From: Phycisphaerae bacterium
GTDB taxonomy: Bacteria; Planctomycetota; Phycisphaerae; Phycisphaerales; SM1A02
DNA: 32,176 nucleotides
Direction of reading: 5' to 3'
Assembly: GCA_963854955.1 (NCBI GenBank)
Contig: CAWLAZ010000001.1
Coordinates: forward strand, 1 to 32,176
The position numbers were made by a program, and so were the translations under genes. Positions 26,260-32,176 of the stretch are shown in pieces; position 1 is the first letter of the stretch; the number at the start of each line of letters is the position of its first letter. The notes under the pieces were generated by a model, which was not told where the DNA came from, ran no database searches, and was given only the letters and a program-made list of their open reading frames with translations.

Positions 26260-29200
26260 TTAGGTGGGTTGAGGTTGGTTTGATGCAGTTGTTTCAACAA
26301 GCGGCATTTCGGTTCGATTCTCGTGCACGGAAGCAGAAATTTCTCCTTCATTGCTCACATCATCAATTGTGACCGAAACATGTTTAGAGACACCTCGTTC
26401 TTGCATAGTTACGCCGTAGAGCTTGTCGCATTCAATCATCGTGCGTTTGTGGTGCGTAATAACGATGAAGTGGCTGTTATCTAGGAAATGGCTCAAAGAG
26501 CTTGCAAAGCGATGCGTGTTCGCTTCATCAAGCGCAGCATCGACTTCATCAAGAATACAGAAAGGCGATGGTTTCGCCTTGAAGATACTCAACAAAAGGG
26601 CAACGGCAGTCATTGCTTGCTCGCCACCACTGAGTTGGGAAATGACACGAGGTTGTTTGCCTGGTGGTTTTGCCTTAATCTCAATACCAGCTTCGAGCAA
26701 GTCAATGTTGCCGTCTTCATTAGGCAGCATCAGTATGTCTGCGCTGCCTCCACCAAACATTTTTCGGAACATGCCTTGTGGGCCAGAGAAGTGCTCGCGA
26801 ATCAGATTAAATGTTTCTTCGAACTTCGATTTGCTGAGTTCTTCAAGTTCATCAATCAGTGACGTGAGCGATGCAACAGAAGCATCAATGTCAATGACTT
26901 GTTTCGCTAAATCTAGGTTGCGTTCGTCGAGGTTGGTTTCTTCTTCGATCGCATCTAAGTTGACGTTGCCGAGTTTCTTGATTTCAGTTCGAAGGAGTTC
27001 GCCTTCTTCTTCAATCTCGTCTCGATTTTCAACAGGTCGTTCTGAACGTTCCGGATTCTCGCACCATGTTTTGTACGAGTTGCTTACATCAAGTTCCAGT
27101 TCTTCTATCGTGCGATCTTCTAAGTTTTCGCGGTTGATTTCAGCTTCGCGTCTGCTTAGTTCAATGGCATGGAAATCGCGAATAAGCCGTTCGCCCAACT
27201 GCCTAGATACATGCAGGGTCTGGGCGGCTTCTTTGACGACTCTGTCTGCAGCTTCCATTTTTTCATTAAAAGCATCGAGCTCGATTTTACATTGCTCTGC
27301 ATCGTCCTTGCATCGGTCGATTTCGCCTTGGCTTTCCTGTTTAGAATGTTCGAATTGTTCTAGTTGACTGAGTCGATGTGTTATTTGGTCTTTGAGAAGT
27401 GCGCGTTGCCGTACGGATTCTTCAAGAGCGGCATCAATATGGCGCAATTCTCTTCGGTCTGCTTCGTGTTTCTCGCCAACTTGACCAAGGTCTACGCGTG
27501 CAGCAGTTAACGCTTCTGTCGTTGCTTTCGCCTGAATGTGCGCGTTGTCAAGTGCTTCCCGTTTTGTTGTTCTGTTTGCCGTTAATTCTTTGATTCTTGA
27601 GGAAAGGTCATTTGCTTCATGCTCTGCGGAGTTGCTTTGCGCTTCGCTTTTTGTGATGCGTTGTTGGAGTTCATCGTGTTCTTCAGTAAGTACGTGTACT
27701 TGCCGGGTGCAACGGTTGGTGTTGTCGTCGATGCGTTGCAATTTGTATTCATGTTCAACAACTGAATTGCGTGCGTCGCGCACTCTTGTTGCAGAGTCGC
27801 GTTGTTGTTGCTTTGCTTGTTCGCTTTCGTCGAGTAAGTCGCCGAGTTGCGTTTGGCGTTGGTCGATTTGTTGGTCAAGGGCAGAAACCTCAACGGTGAG
27901 TGCGTTGATTTCAATGCGACGCGTAAGCCAGCCTTTTTGGTCACCGGAGGTGGATTTACCAACGAACATTCTTCCGTCTGCTTCAATCAACTCAGCTTCC
28001 TTGGTAACAAAACGCCATCCAGGCATTTGCTGTCGTAGCGAAATGGCGGTTTGCAAATTTTGCACAACAGCAGTTCGGCCAAGTATTTTTGCAGCTGCGT
28101 GTTTTGCGTAATCGGCAATTTGAATCAGCGAAAGAAGGGAGATTGCGGGTGAGTGCGCCAAACTTGCATTATCGTTCGTAGCTTGCATTGGAAGAATTCC
28201 AACACGACCGTTTACCTGTTCGAGTGCGTTTTCAACTTGCCCTACAGATTCTTCAGATTCAACAAGAAGAAGCTGAACGTTATGCCCAAGAGCGATTTCA
28301 ACTAAGTGCGCATCGGCATGATTCGCATCGATAGCATCGCCAAGTATGCCTTTGACTTGCGGAAAATCTTCAGCGTTATCAAGTACATGTTTAACGGCAT
28401 CGGTCAAGCCTTCTCGTGCGTGCTGCATTTCTTCAAGAAGATGCAGCCGAGAACCGGAACCGGCACGTTGATGGCGCATTGTTTCTAAGTCGATCGTTAA
28501 CTCTTCGGCTAGCTCGCCGAGCGAATGCGCGGCATTGTCGTGCGACTTTAAAACGGCTTCGTGTTGTTGCGCAGTTCGTTTGGCTTCATTGATTTGTTGA
28601 AGTGTCGATTCTCGGTTTGATTGCAGCGTACGTAATTCTGTTTCTGCAACTTCTTTGTTCGCTCCAGCACGCCCTTGTTGTTCTTTTTGGCTGTTCCATC
28701 TTTCTTTTGCAGACTGTGCAATGGTGTGCAGTTGCGATTGTTTTCTTGATTGATCTTCAAGTTCTTCTTGGATTGTCGAGAGATTATCTTGAAGTTCAAC
28801 AACTTTCTGTTGGAATGTTGCGTGCTCACTGGAGATTTGCTCGACTTGTTTGTCAATTTCAGTCAGGCGTAGCGCAGACTGCGTAATCTGAGTTTCAGCA
28901 CTTCTGCGCTGCTCAGTGAGTGTTTCTTCTCGAGATTGGGTCTCTTCTAGGCGAGTTCTCTCGCTGGCAATTTGGCCGTTTGATTCTTCAATCGAACGTT
29001 CCATCATTTCTATCCGTTGTAGCGAATGACGAATGGTGGATTCATGTTCAGTTGAGCGTTGAATCAAAAGTTGGTGCGTTGTTTGTAAATTATGTCTGTC
29101 AACTTCAACTTGGCGCTTAGCATCTTCTTGTTCAAGAACGGCATCTGTTGCCGATTGCCGTTCTATATCAAGTGCAGCAAGTCGGCTTGTTAGTCCAAAG

Positions 29201-29955
29201 AGTTGTGAATGCAGTTGATGGAATTGGTCAAGTGCAACATGCGTTCGAATTGTTCGAAGCCGCGCATCAAGACCAGTGAATTTCCGCGCTTTCTCTGCTT
29301 GCCCGCGAACGATACGCAAACGGCGTTCCGTTGACGCAAGTTGTTCGCGTACACGAACAAGATTTACTTCTGTTCGTTCAAGCTTGCGTTCTGCTTCTTT
29401 GCGTCTTGTTTTAAAACGCGCAATACCTGCCGCTTCTTCAAGAATGCCGCGCCGTTCGCTTGGGTTTGCTTGCAACATAGCCGCAACACGGCCTTGTTCG
29501 ATAATCGAATACGCGTTCGTGCCAATGCCTGTATCAAGAAAGAGTTCGCGGATATCTTTAAGCCGAACTTTATTTCCATTGATGAGGTATTCACTTCTTC
29601 CGTCACGGTACAAACGTCTTGTGACTGCAACTTCGTCGGTGTCGACAGATAAGAAACGTTTGTTTGCAGGATCTGTTGCTTCTGCATTCGTAACGGGGTT
29701 ATCAAATGTAAGTGTGACAGTTGCTGCGCCAAGTGGTTTGCGAACTGCAGAGCCAGCAAAGATAACATCGAGCATTGCTTCACCGCGAAGACTTTTTGCT
29801 GAACGTTCACCGAGAACCCATTTGATTGCATCAACAACGTTTGACTTGCCGCACCCGTTAGGGCCAACGATGCCAATGATTGGTGCATCAAAAACAAACT
29901 CTGTAGAATCGGCGAATGACTTGAAACCTGCAATTGTAATTTTTGATAAGCGCAT
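26260..29955 (-). CDS. smc: chromosome segregation protein SMC
   Basis: It has Walker A GPNGCGKSN, long coiled-coil arms with a central hinge, the signature LSGGEQ and Walker B FCILDEVDAALD. I chose ATG 29955 because AGGAGG lies 10 nt upstream, rather than the 29976 start in the ORF track. Confidence 0.95.
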   Translation of the reverse strand: MRLSKITIAGFKSFADSTEFVFDAPIIGIVGPNGCGKSNVVDAIKWVLGERSAKSLRGEAMLDVIFAGSAVRKPLGAATVTLTFDNPVTNAEATDPANKRFLSVDTDEVAVTRRLYRDGRSEYLINGNKVRLKDIRELFLDTGIGTNAYSIIEQGRVAAMLQANPSERRGILEEAAGIARFKTRRKEAERKLERTEVNLVRVREQLASTERRLRIVRGQAEKARKFTGLDARLRTIRTHVALDQFHQLHSQLFGLTSRLAALDIERQSATDAVLEQEDAKRQVEVDRHNLQTTHQLLIQRSTEHESTIRHSLQRIEMMERSIEESNGQIASERTRLEETQSREETLTEQRRSAETQITQSALRLTEIDKQVEQISSEHATFQQKVVELQDNLSTIQEELEDQSRKQSQLHTIAQSAKERWNSQKEQQGRAGANKEVAETELRTLQSNRESTLQQINEAKRTAQQHEAVLKSHDNAAHSLGELAEELTIDLETMRHQRAGSGSRLHLLEEMQHAREGLTDAVKHVLDNAEDFPQVKGILGDAIDANHADAHLVEIALGHNVQLLLVESEESVGQVENALEQVNGRVGILPMQATNDNASLAHSPAISLLSLIQIADYAKHAAAKILGRTAVVQNLQTAISLRQQMPGWRFVTKEAELIEADGRMFVGKSTSGDQKGWLTRRIEINALTVEVSALDQQIDQRQTQLGDLLDESEQAKQQQRDSATRVRDARNSVVEHEYKLQRIDDNTNRCTRQVHVLTEEHDELQQRITKSEAQSNSAEHEANDLSSRIKELTANRTTKREALDNAHIQAKATTEALTAARVDLGQVGEKHEADRRELRHIDAALEESVRQRALLKDQITHRLSQLEQFEHSKQESQGEIDRCKDDAEQCKIELDAFNEKMEAADRVVKEAAQTLHVSRQLGERLIRDFHAIELSRREAEINRENLEDRTIEELELDVSNSYKTWCENPERSERPVENRDEIEEEGELLRTEIKKLGNVNLDAIEEETNLDERNLDLAKQVIDIDASVASLTSLIDELEELSKSKFEETFNLIREHFSGPQGMFRKMFGGGSADILMLPNEDGNIDLLEAGIEIKAKPPGKQPRVISQLSGGEQAMTAVALLLSIFKAKPSPFCILDEVDAALDEANTHRFASSLSHFLDNSHFIVITHHKRTMIECDKLYGVTMQERGVSKHVSVTIDDVSNEGEISASVHENRTEMPLVETTASNQPQPT

Positions 29956-30133
29956 AAAGAAAAGACCTCCTGTCAACTGTCATGGCTTCATCCTAAAGCC
30001 ATCCCACGCATCAAGAACAACGTAGTTCTAGAGTGCACCCATGTACGGGTATTACTTTATACATAGTAGCGAAAAAAAACGTTTTGCCAAGTAAAAAACA
30101 GGGAATGCAGCGTTAAAACAACACTTCTTTAAA

Positions 30134-32032
30134 TTAGAAGGGGGTGATTGCAATCGGTAGTTCTTCTTCATTGTTGGGCGGCACAACAGGCGGGCTTTCA
30201 ATAAAACGTGGTGCTTCTTCAGATTCTTCTGTCTCGCTAAACTCTGGCCTGGGCGTGTACGTTGTCTCGGAAGTCAAGCGTTTGATTGCCGCAAGCAGGC
30301 GGTCTTGTTCAACTTTGAAATCTGCGTTTAAGTAATCTTGTCTCCAAAGGGAGTGAATGGCTCCGATCGTTCGGCTGTAGGTTAGGTCCAAGCCGGGGGC
30401 GGGAGCTTCGGGCGAACTCTTATGCCCGAGGAACATAGTAAAGGTAGGTAAACTGGGCGATATATTATCGTGTACAGAAGACTTTCCTTTCCTGTTGCGG
30501 TGGCGAACTTCGACAGCGCCGGGGTTTGTTGTTGATTCTTTTATGAGTAGATCGGAACCCCACGCTTGCATTGTGAGCGGACGAATAATTGAAATATCGC
30601 CCGAGAGAATGATTCTAGGTATACCTGTTTGGGTTACATAAATAGTGTTGTAATCAGATTCCACAATAATTAAGTCGAATTTTTTTTGCACGGTGTATTT
30701 ATCAATTGCAGGGTCATTCCTTACAATAAGCGTTTCAGTTGCTTTGAGCCGTATCTCTAAATCGCTTACGTTGAGCAAAGGGCGAAGTCCGACTTCAATT
30801 CTAAAATCGGAAGGCATTCCTTCCAGAATATCCAGCGCGTCAAGGCGACTGGCAAGACCGATGTCTGCGGTTGCCATTTCAATAAGATGGGGAACACTAA
30901 TTGGGTCTTTAAGACCTCCGCCTGCGCGCAAGGACGCAAGCCGTGGAATTTCATCTGGATATTCATACAGTTGCCGAATGATTGGAAGGGCACGAATCCC
31001 TAGCGCTCGCCAGCGCCATATTGCGGCGTCTGCATTTCGCGGGCTTGGGTCTCGGACGAGCATGCGTTTAATCTGAAGTGCAATAGTCTCAGAATTTTGT
31101 ACTCGCAACGTTATATGCGTCATTATTTCCATGAATGTTGAAACGTCATTTTTCCATGATGGAGGAACGCGTATTTCAATTTGTTCATCGTTAATACCGA
31201 GAGCGGTTGGCCCATCTTGCCCAAGTTCTTCTGGAAACACACGGTTAATTGCCGTTTGGATATTTGAAGTACGTGCATGGCTTGGGTCGAGCAAGATAAG
31301 GCGCATGGGCATGTTGATCATGACTTCGCCGCCGTCTAAAATTCTGCCAGAAGTTCTGTGTACGTAGTCTGTTTTGATTGCTTTGGGATCAGCGAACGGA
31401 TTGATGAAGATGGGGCCAGAAGCAACAGCAACTTCACGTGCTTGTGCTTTGCCAGTGGAGAGTTGTCCAAGTCGTAAATACGTGGGAAGAAGGCGTCCGC
31501 CCTCAAGACTAGAAGTAGAGCTGCTTGGTTCTGCAAAGACATGGACATCGAAAGTAGTTCCACGAAGCGATGCATGGCTTGGCTTCATATTTGAGCGAGC
31601 AGGTTTGCGACCAGTCGCTGCTTGCGGAATGATAGCTTCGACAACAACAACAGCAGTATCGTGTGAGTTGATAAGTTGTTCAGGTGTTAATCTCCCGTAG
31701 CCCTGTGTTGATTGACCGACACCTCGCTTTGCTAAATCGGCAATCATGTGCGCACGGACTTGCGGTGGAATTTCGCTTGAACCAGTGCCTTTCAATCCGA
31801 TGACTAATCCGTACCCAGCACTGACGGAGGGCTCAAATTTATCGCTGTACGTTGAGTCGTAACCCATCAATGCAACATGGTGCTTGACTGTGCCCTTGAG
31901 CATATTTGGAACTTCGCCAATGTATTTGGAGCTTGATCGCTTTGCGCGCTTTTGATCGCTGAGCCGTTCCACTGAACTGCAGCTCGAGACGAATACTAAA
32001 ACTAAAACGAGTAACAAAAGTATTTTTCGCAT
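30134..32032 (-). CDS. FlgI (flagellar P-ring)-like lipoprotein with HEAT-like insertion
   Basis: It has a lipobox (LVFVSSC). FlgI-like blocks include SAGYGLVIGLKGTGS, TFDVHVFA...SSLEGGRLLPTYL and IEIRVPPSW. An inserted helical-repeat segment is also present. Length is 632 aa. Confidence 0.6.
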   Translation of the reverse strand: MRKILLLLVLVLVFVSSCSSVERLSDQKRAKRSSSKYIGEVPNMLKGTVKHHVALMGYDSTYSDKFEPSVSAGYGLVIGLKGTGSSEIPPQVRAHMIADLAKRGVGQSTQGYGRLTPEQLINSHDTAVVVVEAIIPQAATGRKPARSNMKPSHASLRGTTFDVHVFAEPSSSTSSLEGGRLLPTYLRLGQLSTGKAQAREVAVASGPIFINPFADPKAIKTDYVHRTSGRILDGGEVMINMPMRLILLDPSHARTSNIQTAINRVFPEELGQDGPTALGINDEQIEIRVPPSWKNDVSTFMEIMTHITLRVQNSETIALQIKRMLVRDPSPRNADAAIWRWRALGIRALPIIRQLYEYPDEIPRLASLRAGGGLKDPISVPHLIEMATADIGLASRLDALDILEGMPSDFRIEVGLRPLLNVSDLEIRLKATETLIVRNDPAIDKYTVQKKFDLIIVESDYNTIYVTQTGIPRIILSGDISIIRPLTMQAWGSDLLIKESTTNPGAVEVRHRNRKGKSSVHDNISPSLPTFTMFLGHKSSPEAPAPGLDLTYSRTIGAIHSLWRQDYLNADFKVEQDRLLAAIKRLTSETTYTPRPEFSETEESEEAPRFIESPPVVPPNNEEELPIAITPF

Positions 32033-32087
32033 CTGTGAATTGTACCCTGAATACGCATGTAATTACCCCTCGGGTAATTAAATGGGG

Positions 32088-32176
32088 TTAGAGCAGGCGT
32101 GCGAGGGCAAGACCGTCCCCAATAGGCACAAGGGAGTAATCGACGCGGTTGTCGGCGTGTAAAAAAGAAGCAAGTT
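32088..32176 (-). CDS. 3' end of an unidentified gene (partial, runs off the window)
   Basis: The open frame on the minus strand ends ...FLHADNRVDYSLVPIGDGLALARLL with stop TAA at 32088-32090. Only 29 codons are visible. Confidence 0.3.
   Translation of the reverse strand, partial: LASFLHADNRVDYSLVPIGDGLALARLL

Noticed and set aside
26423-27367. Long ORFs antisense to real genes. Examples are 26423-27367 (314 aa, Ser/Leu-rich) and 29276-30025 opposite smc, 22876-23670 opposite secDF and 17703-18428 opposite the OmpA lipoprotein. Others are 13611-14450 opposite recG, 9523-10287 opposite ffh, 6515-7207 opposite the amidohydrolase and 2093-2674 opposite gdhA.
   Set aside because: Each lies fully inside a gene with strong family motifs on the other strand. 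Their compositions (Ser/Arg/Cys-rich, low complexity) are what a mirror frame of Glu/Lys/Ala-rich coding sequence produces. No motifs are recognisable. I treat them as shadow ORFs.
29956-30133. A 178-nt spacer between the FlgI-like gene and smc, with a 7-bp stem (ATGGCTT/AAGCCAT) at about 29981-30001. I considered it as a small RNA or terminator.
   Set aside because: It has no convincing terminator (no stem followed by a U-tract on the minus strand), no promoter I can defend, and no recognisable RNA family features. It is most likely just the smc promoter and leader region.
32060-32080. A hairpin, TAATTACCC-CTC-GGGTAATTA (9-bp stem), between the partial upstream gene and the FlgI-like gene.
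   Set aside because: It may attenuate or terminate the upstream gene's transcript, but no U-tract follows on the transcribed (minus) strand. It is AT-rich and short, so I cannot support a specific call.
1-32176. I looked for CRISPR arrays, tRNA/rRNA genes, IS elements or integrases, toxin-antitoxin pairs, reverse transcriptases and known defence-system hallmarks.
   Set aside because: No direct-repeat/spacer arrays are visible. No intergenic gap exceeds about 200 bp. No transposase, integrase, RT or nuclease-NTPase defence-type ORFs are present. Every large ORF has a housekeeping or envelope assignment.

Overview
This window looks like a densely packed core-genome segment, probably from a PVC-superphylum bacterium (Planctomycetota/Phycisphaerae-like). 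That guess rests on a Minf_1886-like PVC-restricted protein, a very large fused SecDF, an expanded prepilin peptidase and several peptidoglycan-binding lipoproteins. About 29 genes are supported. They include tyrA, gdhA, ffh, polX, recG, xseA, xseB, a rhomboid protease, the conserved tgt-yajC-secDF block and smc. I found no tRNA or rRNA gene, CRISPR array, transposase, integrase, or recognisable defence or toxin-antitoxin module, and composition looks uniform, so this is not an obvious accessory island. The candidates for undescribed biology are all cell-envelope related. First, a 632-aa lipidated FlgI (P-ring)-like protein carries a HEAT-like insertion and sits next to smc with no flagellar genes in the window. 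Second, a three-gene operon joined by TAAATG junctions encodes a coiled-coil OmpA-like lipoprotein, a transglutaminase-fold protein whose Cys-His-Asp triad appears replaced, and a tail-anchored zinc-ribbon protein. Third, a paralogous coiled-coil OmpA lipoprotein is coupled by an ATGA overlap to an orphan, expanded prepilin peptidase inside the xseAB operon. Non-coding oddities include a perfect 23-bp inverted repeat pair between convergent genes, a perfect 10+1+10 palindrome upstream of the rhomboid gene, and two convergent gene pairs separated by 0 to 1 bp. All homology calls come from motif recognition by eye and need HMM or structure confirmation.
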